A stretch of DNA of 64,000 bases from an uncultured virus (IMG/VR IMGVR_UViG_3300036985_007154). Its lineage: Duplodnaviria > Heunggongvirae > Uroviricota > Caudoviricetes. Both the position numbers and the translations under genes were made by a program. The stretch is taken from the IMG/VR virus record IMGVR_UViG_3300036985_007154. One strand, written 5' to 3'. Within the stretch, counting starts at the first letter, position 1. Each line of letters starts with the position of its first letter. The notes under the pieces were generated by a model. That model searched no databases. It was not told the origin of the DNA and saw nothing but the letters and a program-made list of their open reading frames with translations. Below, piece by piece: positions 30,572 to 42,000 of this stretch.

Positions 30572-33500
30572 ATGGCAAGTCCGTTATTAGATTTAACAAA
30601 TTCAGAGGGGTTTAGAAAGAAACTTATTGTTAGGAACTTAACTCCATATGCTAAGGCTCCGAACAGACCAACTCAGCCTATCAATACTGAATATGTTCAG
30701 TCGGATACATCTGTACAAGACAGTCCTGATAAGTTAATTGATGAGCCGTCTTTTGCAAATAAATTATTTCCATTAAACCAATATGGTAATGAAGGGGGAT
30801 ATGAACAAGTCCCGGATCCAGGAGCATTATTAAATACAAAATCTAATGAGGGAGAATATGGGTATCAAGACGCAAATATAGTCGGTCAATCATTACCTGA
30901 ATCTCAAAAGTGGAAACCCCTTAATGTTTTTTCAAATGGAGACCAAGTTCAATTGGATAGTGCGGAGTTTTTTGGTTCATTAAATAGACCACTCACTACC
31001 AATAGTAATAATAATCAACCGTATCCAACAACATTTGTATCCTCCAATTATACTCCTGTATCAATATTATTGTCCCCTGATCCGAGTGGAAGTAATGGTT
31101 TATTGAGTCAAGATTCATTTATTGCTCGTTTAGGGGCTCAAACTTTGAGAAGAGAGTTTGAACAAAGAATTGCAGCACAAATACGACAAGATACACTTAG
31201 TAGAGCAAACGTTCTCAATGTTAGTAGTGGTACTGACTTAGTTAATATACTGACCGGTGTTGTCCCTATTATAGAACCAGTTTATACTATTACGGTAACG
31301 GCAAACCCAGTATTAGCAGCCGCTAATTTTGCATTAAGATTAGGTGGTAGTATTTTACCTGTGTCTCCCATCCCTGGTTCATATTTTGACCCTAACATTA
31401 TTTTAGGGCAACCAACAACCATACAACAATTAGGTAACGCATTTAGAGAAAGTGGAGTTGGAAGGTTTGTTAATAGATTAATGGGTGGAGGAGAGACTGG
31501 ATCTCAAATCATGTTTAACAACATGGGAGCGGGTCAAAGGTCTCGGTTATTCAAAAATATAGATTTCAACAGGTATAAGCCAAATTTTCCAAGAAACTTT
31601 TTCCAAAGAGTAGGTGGAGTACTTACAGGTACAGTTTCAGATAATAGTAATTTTTATGTTGGAAGTATCACTTCTAATCCGTCTCAAATTTTTTCTCCTT
31701 CGGGTCAAGTTCCTGTAAATCAATTTGGTACTGAACAACAATCACCAGTTTATGGTCCATCAGAATTAGCTCAATTATATGAAGGACCAAGTCAATCAAT
31801 AAGACTTGGTGCTAATGGACCAACATATAGTAATGGTGGGGGTATTGAAGGTGGATTTACTTGGGTTTCACCAAAGTATAGAGGCAATGCCGGAAAGAAA
31901 GTAGGTATTGGAGGAGAGATTACAAATGAAGATGAGGACTTTAGACCTTCATCATATGTTAATACAGAATCTGTTGGAATACCACTTAAAGAAGGTTCTA
32001 TACTTGACCAAACACAAAGAATAATAGATAGCCAGCCTCAAGGAGGTAAGCGTCTTCAACACGTTGGAAATGCTATTGACCAAGTGAGTAAAGTATTTAA
32101 TGACGGATATAAAGAATTAACTAAAGGTTCAAGAGTTTATCGTTATGAAGGTGCTATTGGTCAAGAAGTTGGTACAGAATATTGCCGTGTTTTTGCTAAG
32201 GATTTACCTTATTTACAATATAATGACTTACAAAAACAAGATGGTATTACTACTGAGAACCGAAGATTTTCTTATTCCGTTTTGGACAAGACTTATAACT
32301 TGAATATTGTTCCAAACAAACAGGAAGGTGGACAAAGTTCATCAAATATTGTTGGAACAATTAATAGTGCGGTCGCCAAGAAATATATGTTTTCATTGGA
32401 AAATTTGGCGTGGAGAACTTCCAGTACACCTGGATTCTCAACTTCAGATTTACCTGTTTGTGAGAGAGGCCCAAACGGAGGTAGAGTTATGTGGTTTCCT
32501 CCATATGGATTAACATTTAGTGAAAACGTGAGTGCGAATTGGAATTCATCTGAGTTTTTGGGACGACCAGAACCAATCTACACATATAAAAGTACAAGTA
32601 GAGGAGGTTCTTTATCTTGGAAAATTGTTGTTGACCATCCATCAGTCCTTAATGTTATTGTAAATAAAGTATTAGGTAATGAAACAAACAAAGTTCGTAT
32701 TGATAGTATTTTAGAATCATTTTTTGCTGGTTGTAGAAAATATGACATCTATGAGTTGGCCAAAAAATATGTTACAGTGAATCCCAATGATTTGTTTGAA
32801 TTACAACAAGCAATTTCTTCAAAAGAAATGACTAGAGAACAAATTGAGTTTACTAGACAGACTATAGAAACTGGATATAATTCTCCTAATGGGGCAGGTG
32901 CGGCACTTTCTCAGGGAACTCTTAATAACGAAGTTAAAACATTAATAGAGAAATATGTTAATTTAGGATTGTATTTTGAAAATGACTACCCAAAACCAAA
33001 AGGAACTGTTAACTATGTTCCATTATATAATGAATATATATCAAACAAAACTAAGTACGAATCCCAACCTAACTCAGGTGCGACAAGTTCATTTTTCGAT
33101 ACTGTAGTTACTCCGAATTTTAAAGTTGCGGAACAGTTTTGTGTTGAGTTAGCTAAAATTTTGGAAACAGATATAAAAAATCCAGGTTCAATAACACTAA
33201 ATATCGACTCAAGCTGTTCGGCGCCTGCAACAATTTCTTATAACAAAGAGTTATCTGGAAGAAGGATTCAATCAATGGTTGAGTTTTTTAAAAACAACTC
33301 CTTTCTTACAAAATACGTTAATTCCTCTCCTGCAAAATTATTAGTTTTAGGTGGTACTAGACTTGGTGAAGAAGCAACTATAACATCAGGTATTACAGTT
33401 GGTGATGGTACTACAAATTCATCACAAGTTCAAGAGGGGCCAATTAAGGAAGGCACATATAATGTTAGTGAGTTAAAACCAATGCCAAGAACATTCAATT

Positions 33501-35698
33501 GTACCGACAAAGACCAAAATGCGGTAGGAGGAGATACCCAAGCAGGTTCAAAAGACATCTTTACCGTACCAGCAATGGCATGTAGAAGGGCATTTATTAA
33601 AAGTGTGTCAACAACAATAGAAGCCCCAAAATCCGATCCAGTGCCGAACAGAGTAGATGTTTTGGTTGGCAATGTCATTACTGAAACTATTAGAACTGAA
33701 GAAGTAACTCAAGAATGGAAACCAAGAGATAATATAACCAAAAGAGTTGTAAGAGCATTATTGTCTGAGTGTGATTACTTTGAAACAATTAAAGCGGAAA
33801 CACCGATGGTTTATGATAATTTAAAAGACAAATTGAAGTTTTTTCAACCATCATTTCACTCCATGACACCTGAAGGATTGAATTCAAGGCTAACATTCTT
33901 ACAACAATGTATGAGACCTGGAGATACGATACCTACAGTAAAACAACAGACACCAAATAGTAAAGCTGAATTGGTATATAACAATGCTAGTAATACATCA
34001 TTTGGGGCACCACCCGTATTAGTTTTGAGAGTTGGTGATTTCTACAATACCAAAATTATTCCAGATGGTCTTCAAATTCAATACGAAGGATTAGACATCA
34101 ATCCTGAAGGAATTGGTGTTCAACCGATGATTGCGAACGTTACGTTATCATTTAAATTTGTTGGAGGTAGTGGATTAAAAGAATCGGTTGATAAATTGCA
34201 AAACGCATTAACATTCAACTATTATGCTAATACTGAAATTTATGATGATAGAGCAGATACTACGGATACAGAAGCAGCAGATAAAAACTTAAAAGTATTA
34301 GACCAATTTTTCTTAGCGGGTCAAATCCCACCTCCTATACCAGGAGCTAATAGCGCTGCTCCAAACAATGGACAAGATAATAATAATACAATAGGTAACA
34401 TAATAAGTTCAGAAACAAACACGAGTGGTTTTACTACAGGTATAATTAGTTATAGTTCGTTTATGGGTAAAGTAGTTTCTGAGACACAAACGTATTTTAC
34501 TAATGTAGTTAATAAATCCAAAGAAACTGCCAACCAATACAATAATGCGGTAAGACAACAATGGATGCTCGAAAGAAATTATACTAAAGGAAATTTAAGT
34601 GATGATGTTAATAGTGATGTAGTTTTATTTGGAAAACCGAATAATGTTGAAAATAGATTCAATGAAATATTCGCGCAACTTGAAAAAAATATACAAGATG
34701 GGGCAGAAGGATTTATTCAATATGTTTCAGAACCGTCTAAAAATTTACCACCTGCATTAATAAGAACTCTAAAAGAAAATTATTTTAACTTTGTAAGTAA
34801 AAAACGTGGTTCATTCCAAAATGGAATTTCAACTATAATACAGAGTTTGGTAAACCAAGAACAAACTTACCTTCAAACTTTCGGTAGGTTAAACACTATT
34901 CTTTTCGATCCAGGAACTTCTGATAACGGTACCGATGGACTTCAATCTAATAATGGGCCTGTTACAATTTATATTACATCTGGAACTAACGAGGTTCATC
35001 AAACATCCAATAGTCCTAACACATATTTAGAATTGTTTGAGGATACCACAATAATACGAGCTGACATTGCGGCATTCAATCAAATTATACAAAATAATAG
35101 AAAATTTATATATCCTGGTGATAATAAACAATATGAGGGTATTTTAGTTTTTGAGGCAGTAAATGGTAAATCCGATAAAGTTACAGTTCAACAGGTTTTT
35201 ATTCCATTCAGTACAAGTGTTTTGTTTGATGATAAAGTAGAAAATTATCCATTCAGAAGAGTTTATATGATAATTTCTGATGATGTGGTTGATGATAAAA
35301 AATATGAAACTTTTAAACAACAGTTAATAGGAAATATACTTGGAAACCAAGCGTTACTTGGTAATGGTTCTGTTGACATTGAAGCCATATTTGATACATA
35401 TTGGTTAAGAATTGCAAGACCTGTTTTCTTGGAAGAGAATAATATTACAAAGTCATTTATTGAAAATTTAGAAAAAAATGATTTGAAAGATTATTTAATT
35501 TATACACCATTCGATATTAAACAAAGGAATTTGACGTTTACTACTGAAAATCTTTTAGATGATACAAAGAAAAAATCACAAGAAAATATGATTAAAGGAT
35601 TGGGAAATACAACAAATCAGAATACAAATGTATTAACTTGGAATGACTTAAATAATAACGTTGATGGTGCATACATATCTAAAGCAAAACTTAACTAA
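30572..35698 (+). CDS. Large tail/baseplate protein: split tube-initiator-like domain with an OmpA-like insert
   Basis: 'FSENVSANW...LGRPEPIYTY..TSR..SLSW' and 'PPVLVLRVGD...PMIANVTLSF' flank 'YFENDYP...YNKELSGRR...CRR'. Confidence 0.6.
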   Translation: MASPLLDLTNSEGFRKKLIVRNLTPYAKAPNRPTQPINTEYVQSDTSVQDSPDKLIDEPSFANKLFPLNQYGNEGGYEQVPDPGALLNTKSNEGEYGYQDANIVGQSLPESQKWKPLNVFSNGDQVQLDSAEFFGSLNRPLTTNSNNNQPYPTTFVSSNYTPVSILLSPDPSGSNGLLSQDSFIARLGAQTLRREFEQRIAAQIRQDTLSRANVLNVSSGTDLVNILTGVVPIIEPVYTITVTANPVLAAANFALRLGGSILPVSPIPGSYFDPNIILGQPTTIQQLGNAFRESGVGRFVNRLMGGGETGSQIMFNNMGAGQRSRLFKNIDFNRYKPNFPRNFFQRVGGVLTGTVSDNSNFYVGSITSNPSQIFSPSGQVPVNQFGTEQQSPVYGPSELAQLYEGPSQSIRLGANGPTYSNGGGIEGGFTWVSPKYRGNAGKKVGIGGEITNEDEDFRPSSYVNTESVGIPLKEGSILDQTQRIIDSQPQGGKRLQHVGNAIDQVSKVFNDGYKELTKGSRVYRYEGAIGQEVGTEYCRVFAKDLPYLQYNDLQKQDGITTENRRFSYSVLDKTYNLNIVPNKQEGGQSSSNIVGTINSAVAKKYMFSLENLAWRTSSTPGFSTSDLPVCERGPNGGRVMWFPPYGLTFSENVSANWNSSEFLGRPEPIYTYKSTSRGGSLSWKIVVDHPSVLNVIVNKVLGNETNKVRIDSILESFFAGCRKYDIYELAKKYVTVNPNDLFELQQAISSKEMTREQIEFTRQTIETGYNSPNGAGAALSQGTLNNEVKTLIEKYVNLGLYFENDYPKPKGTVNYVPLYNEYISNKTKYESQPNSGATSSFFDTVVTPNFKVAEQFCVELAKILETDIKNPGSITLNIDSSCSAPATISYNKELSGRRIQSMVEFFKNNSFLTKYVNSSPAKLLVLGGTRLGEEATITSGITVGDGTTNSSQVQEGPIKEGTYNVSELKPMPRTFNCTDKDQNAVGGDTQAGSKDIFTVPAMACRRAFIKSVSTTIEAPKSDPVPNRVDVLVGNVITETIRTEEVTQEWKPRDNITKRVVRALLSECDYFETIKAETPMVYDNLKDKLKFFQPSFHSMTPEGLNSRLTFLQQCMRPGDTIPTVKQQTPNSKAELVYNNASNTSFGAPPVLVLRVGDFYNTKIIPDGLQIQYEGLDINPEGIGVQPMIANVTLSFKFVGGSGLKESVDKLQNALTFNYYANTEIYDDRADTTDTEAADKNLKVLDQFFLAGQIPPPIPGANSAAPNNGQDNNNTIGNIISSETNTSGFTTGIISYSSFMGKVVSETQTYFTNVVNKSKETANQYNNAVRQQWMLERNYTKGNLSDDVNSDVVLFGKPNNVENRFNEIFAQLEKNIQDGAEGFIQYVSEPSKNLPPALIRTLKENYFNFVSKKRGSFQNGISTIIQSLVNQEQTYLQTFGRLNTILFDPGTSDNGTDGLQSNNGPVTIYITSGTNEVHQTSNSPNTYLELFEDTTIIRADIAAFNQIIQNNRKFIYPGDNKQYEGILVFEAVNGKSDKVTVQQVFIPFSTSVLFDDKVENYPFRRVYMIISDDVVDDKKYETFKQQLIGNILGNQALLGNGSVDIEAIFDTYWLRIARPVFLEENNITKSFIENLEKNDLKDYLIYTPFDIKQRNLTFTTENLLDDTKKKSQENMIKGLGNTTNQNTNVLTWNDLNNNVDGAYISKAKLN

Positions 35699-36021
35699 TG
35701 GCATATCAATATTATAACCGATATAGTGATTTTCTAATTAATGGTGACCAAACTGTGGTACCATTTGTTTACCTGCCTTCAAAACCTACTGATAAAGCAT
35801 ATATATATAAAGTTGCTAAAAGTAGATTAGATAAAGTATCACAAGAATTTTATAATTCGCCCGTATTCGGATGGTTGATACTTCAGGCTAATCCGCAATT
35901 TGGAGGTCTTGAAAATAATATTTATGATGGTGCGGTATTGATTATACCATTTCCATTACTACCATCATTACAGGACTATAAGGCGGCATTAGAAAATCAT
36001 TTTTATTATTATGGCAGGTAA
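35698..36021 (+). CDS. Baseplate wedge protein (gp53/LysM-like)
   Basis: 'RLDKVSQEFY.SP..GWLILQANP...LIIP'. Confidence 0.7.
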   Translation: MAYQYYNRYSDFLINGDQTVVPFVYLPSKPTDKAYIYKVAKSRLDKVSQEFYNSPVFGWLILQANPQFGGLENNIYDGAVLIIPFPLLPSLQDYKAALENHFYYYGR

Positions 36022-39000
36022 CATACAAGCGGACACAAGTGGGAATATTTTAGTAGAATTTGACTACAACAATATTATTGTGGTTGACCCGAACAAAACC
36101 ATAGATGATTTTGGTAATATTAAAGAAAGACTTGTTGACCACGAGAGTCTTGTAATGTATGCTAATTTGGAAGCAGATGTTTTACCAAGAACCAAATTAG
36201 CCGCAGGAGGAAGCCCTGAAGATAGAATCAGGACAATTTCAGTTGCAAAAATTAATTTTTTAAAACCAACAAAAAATTCATATTTAGGGACGGGATATTA
36301 TGACCAGTTGACTGGAGACAATTCAACTCAATTTAATGCAGAAAATCAACCGAAAGAAGTTGGAATTAAAGGAACTGATGGACAGGATGCTTATATCCGA
36401 AATACAGTTGTGGACGAAACAAACATTATTGATAATGGGTTGTTGGGAATTACATCGATTAATATTACAACAAATACTAGTTTCATACCTTCGGTAGAAA
36501 TCCTATTGGAAGATGTCCAAGGTAAAGGATTATTTGAATTAGGAAATAACTCTCCATATTCGGCTTTCTTTAATTTACCATACCCGCAGTTTTATCTTAC
36601 ACTGAAAGGGTACTATGGACAGGCGGTAAGGTATCAGTTGAATTTGGAAAAATTTCATGCATCGTTCAATGGGTTCAGTGGAAACTATTTGGTTCGATTA
36701 CAATTCAAAGGATATAAATTTAATATTCTAAATGAAGTTGCTATGGGACATTTATTGGCAGCTCCACACATGTATAGCCAAAGATTTGATATTAGCCAAA
36801 CAGTCGCTGGTCCACAACAATCAAACAACTCTGCGGAATCACAGGCTAGTACTCAAGCAGAAAAGGGAGCCAACAATTTGGGTTCAAACCAAGCTGTTGT
36901 AACACAAATTGTTGCGGAAAAAGGGTATCAAAAAATTGTTGAAGTTTATAGTGAATATAAGGCAAAAGGGTTAATTGACTTTAATTTTCCTGAGTTAACA
37001 TTAGTTCAATTAATGAATAAGTTGGAGACTTTTGAACAAAACATAGTTGATTCATTTGACAAGACAGAAGTAGAATCACTAACAAACATTAGAAATTATA
37101 AGGGAATATTAACACAGTATTTCAACAGAATTAGGGCCTCAAATAACTCGTGGTTTAATACGTATTTAAATACAAAACCTATAGTTTTGATTGGAAATAA
37201 AAATGTGTATGTCTTCAAAGATTTATCACAATCAGTAAAAGACACCGCAATTTCAGAGTTACAAAGTAACATTGTTGAGTTTAATAGTTCATTAGCAGAA
37301 AATCCGACATTGGGGTCAAAAGGTACTGATTCGATACCAAACCCAATAAAAATAAATATGATTGTGATTGTGCCTCCACCAATAACAGAAATTGATTGGA
37401 GAGAGACGACTAGAGTTCAAACAGGGATTACCAACCCAACAGAAGAAGATGTACTTAAAACTCAAAATTTATATGCGTACTTGTGGAAACCAGTGATTGA
37501 GCAGTCTACTTTTGATGGTAAGAAAATATATAATCAGGTATCACAAGGATGGTTTGTATTTGAAGGAGATGGAAAATTTGATAAAGAAATTAGTTTACTT
37601 GAAACACAGGCAAATAAAAAACTTTCAGATTATGAAAGTAAAATTTCTGCGGCACTATTAAGAAAAATTGAAGATACTGCAACAGGTATTGGATTCACTC
37701 CTACTGTTAGAAATATTATTGCGGTGATAATGGCGTCTACTGAAGGATTTATAAGATTATTAGATGATGTACATACAAATGCTTGGAATGTTAAATATGA
37801 CCCAGTTAGGAAAAAAGCAATATTAGATAATCCCACATCAGCTCCAAGTTCTGAAACTGTAGACCAAGTAGTGAGAGCATCTACTAATTTGGTAAATCAG
37901 AATGAACTTGATGATATTGTAAACAATTCTGAAATACCTGTTTACCCATGGCCACAATATTTTGTAGAGTCTCCTGATGATAAAAAAGGTAGATTCCAAT
38001 TAAAATACTTGGCGGACCCATCAGTAGTGGATACTACACAAGGCTATCTTTTTGACAAGTGGCCTGAAGTTGAATTTGTTGAGGAATATATGAAGGGATT
38101 GACTCAAAAGTTTCAAAACCCATCCGCCCCTCCACCTTTGGATAGTGAACGTGATACAAATATAATTAACATCAATGCGATTGAATATCCATCTACGGGT
38201 ATACCATATACAAACAAAGAAGAGGTAAAATTTTTCTATGAGATATGGGAAAGACAGTTTCTGACATCACACTATTCAGGGTTAGTAAGAGCTAACTTGA
38301 ATCAAGTTGATGAATTAATCAAGTTAAATATTGAAACTGAAGTTAATAATATTGTAACTAAACTTGGTTTAAGTTCTCCTTACTTAACATTGAAACTTAA
38401 AAATTTCAATCTTGATGCTACCAATTATCCGGATTTTCTTAAAACAATATCTAATTCGGGTACAGGTAGGGCGTATCAAGATTATATTAGAGACTTTTTT
38501 GTGACTCCTTATATCAAGGGAATTACTGAAAATTCTTTTGCAATCTTGAATGCTTTGGACCTTGGTAAAATACCACAAGTTTCTACCAAGTCTGATGCTT
38601 TAAGATTATTATTGAATAATGCATCCAACACACCTTTGATTGTTGACACTTTACCTTATACCGACTCAACTTGGTGTTTGAATAATTTGAATCAAGGAAA
38701 CAGTGCAGTTTCTAATCAAGTCTATAGTACAAACAAATCTTTAACTATTTTTGAACCAAGAAAGATAATCGCCAATTTTACTGATGTTTATGATTATACC
38801 ACTAATAGACCAGTAACAAATTTTTCATATCTATTAAATCGTAATCCTTCTATTGAGGTATCAACCGATGGTGCCCTCAATTCAGGAAACGAGAATTTGG
38901 CAGCATTCTTTTTCCAAAGAAGCCCTGACAATTTTATTGCGACAGAAGGATATGTAGATGGAATTACGCCGAATTCGGCCAATTCTATTGATAGATTTTT

Positions 39001-42000
39001 AAGACTCAGGAGTACTACTTCAATGTTGAATACTCCTTACTTTGTGAACGCAATTCAAAACGGAGTATATAACTCTAGAATTTCAGGAAATAACTATCCA
39101 TATGTACAAGCGGCTTACTTATTCCTGAATTCATTACCCTTGGCAACTTTAAGGGAAAAATATAAATCAGTTTCTAATAATGTTGTTTCAGATTTAGATT
39201 ACATATCTTCCTCACTGAAAAAATTTGGAGCAATACACAAGTTACCATATGCTTGGATATTAAAGTATGGTTCAATATGGTACAGATATAAGAAGTATAA
39301 AGAATCTAATGTAGATATATTGGAAACTGCTTGGAATAACTTTGATTATGCGGGAAATTATTATCCGCCTACAAGTTCAACTACACAAACATATTCTTTT
39401 AAATATTCAGGATTGGAAACCAATATCCAATTACAAAGTGAAGGAGTAACACAAATACAAATGCAAGTAGGATTTTATCCTAAACTAATCAATGATTTTA
39501 GTGTTTTTTATAATGGATATGATTTGTATCAAAATTATACAGACACTGAAATTCAAAATAGTGTTAATGCAGGAATGAAAATATATAATTTCAGTTCCTC
39601 AAACATTGTTAACGCTAAACAGGGAGATAAAAACTTGAGATTAAATACATGGTCGGTATTATTACCTAATCTTAGTCCCGAAGTTCCTATTGATTGTAAC
39701 CCTAAAGATAATACTAAGGGTGGTGATTATTTTGTAATACCTTCTTTTGGTACACCATTCAATCAGACTGTTAATTCTTGTATTCAAAATGTAACAACAA
39801 TACCTAGTACAACAGTAGATTTGACTAACAATCCTAATGTTTATAATGGGTCTGTACGATGTTTATGGCCGGCGTCAAATTTTGGTTATTTTGATAGTAA
39901 TCAATTGGCGTTCCCCGAACCAGATTCTTATTTAAATTTTATTACAACAGGTTCGACCTCTCAGGCACCACTACACTTTTTAACTCAAAACACATACACA
40001 AAAATTGAAGAAGTATTTTCAGTTTTTGAGAAGAAAATTTTGGACACGTTTGAATTAGAATTCTTAAATTTTTGTAAACCGATTAGTAATGCTACTGTTA
40101 GTGGGGATGTGTCAACTTTTGGTCAGTCTACAGTCAATTTGAATGCTAACTTCAAAAACTTTCAATCTCTTTTCAAAAGTTTGATGACAGTTCCATCAAA
40201 GGTTCAAGGAGAAACAGACGAACAATATTTTACAAATACAATTAATAATCAATATTCTTTATTCCAAAGTGGAATAAGGTCATTCATGGATTATGATATT
40301 ATATTTAAGTATGGTAATCCGTCTAATTATCAGAGACGAATATTTGATTCTTATTTGTCTCACAACAATACTGACGTAGTGGTTGACCCAATTACATTCA
40401 ATCCTTATGTGCCAAACTCTTTACCTCAAGCAGGAAGTGATTTGACATTGAGTCAATCCCAAAGTAGTAATAGTCAAGCTTGGCTTGCTCTTGAAACTGA
40501 AGTAGGATTTTCAACAATACTTAATGTAAGATATAGTTCTTTAGGTTCTTATATAACCGACTTTTTTATAGATAATAATATTGAGTTTACAAGTCAAAAC
40601 GTGACATTGTTGGCTCCGATTATTAAAATGTATGCCACACAAAAATTAAAAAATCCGAGTATAAGCGCAGCACAGTTTCAAACTCAATTAAATCAATACT
40701 TACAACAAGAAGTTGGTCTACAAAATAATTTTTTGAATGGAGTGTTAACTGGAGTGAGAAAGACTCTTCCAAATCAACAACAATTACCTGAACGTGTTAT
40801 TAATAGTGTTATAACGGGAGAACAAAGTAAGGTTGAAAATTACGAAGTTTTTAAAGCCCTAAATGATAAGTGGGTTGCTGGAGGAGACTATACAACCAAA
40901 ACTTTATTTGAAGACATGTTGTTTTTAGATAGAGCATCTAGAAACATTGGAGATACAATTTTATTAGATATATTTGATTTGAAAGCCATGTTTGGTGTTG
41001 GTGGTGAACCAGGGCAATATTCACTTAACCAAGCGATGAGTGTATTCACATTTATAAGTGGAATTTTAATTAAGAATAATTTTACGGTGATGCCATTACC
41101 GGCATATGTTAATTTTTATAACGTACAAGATGTAGGTGGTGTTGCGACACCAAAACCTGAGGGGTCATTAGAATTTGCAAATAAATTGTGGGGAACATTT
41201 TTAGATGTGGATTATAGAGATTCGGGCCCAAAGATGGTTTGTTTTTATGTTGGAAAACCTTCACAATATTTGAATTTACCTAAAGGGAATTTTAGATTTA
41301 GGGATGATGCCTTTGATATGAGAAGGGCTTCTGAAAACCCTCTTTTAGAAGACCAAAATGGAAAAACAGATTATGATAAGTCTAACAAGTGTGTAGGATT
41401 TAATGTGGATGTAGGTACTAGAAATCAAAATATATTTTATTCATTTACGGTTTCTCAAGATAATGGTGTTGCGACTTCTGAATCAATAAATACTCAACTA
41501 AACATGGTGGACCAAGCGTCTGGAAGATCTATTGCAACTCAGAATAATAGTTTGTATAATTTATACAAAAATAGGTCTTATAAATCTTCCGTTACAAGTT
41601 TAGGAAATGCTTTAATACAACCAACAATGTATTTTAATGTTAGGCATGTTCCGATGTTTAATGGTCCTTACATGATTACTAGTGTTAGTCATTCAATTCA
41701 ACCTGGTTCGTTTCAAACTACATTCGATGGTATCCGACAGGGTATCTTTGATTTACCTGCGATTGACAGTTTCTTACAAAGTATCAATCAAAATTTAATT
41801 ACGAAACTTGAGGAATTGTTAAAAATTAATAAAGACCAAGTTACGGTTAGTGCGACTACAAACAATGTAAAGGCAACACAAGTAGTACAGAAGGCGGATA
41901 ATACTTTAGATACCACAAATTCTTGTACATCTAAAATAACGGACCCTGTTTATCTAAATGGTGGATATGTTGCGGAAAATGGAGTGTCAACAAAAATTAC

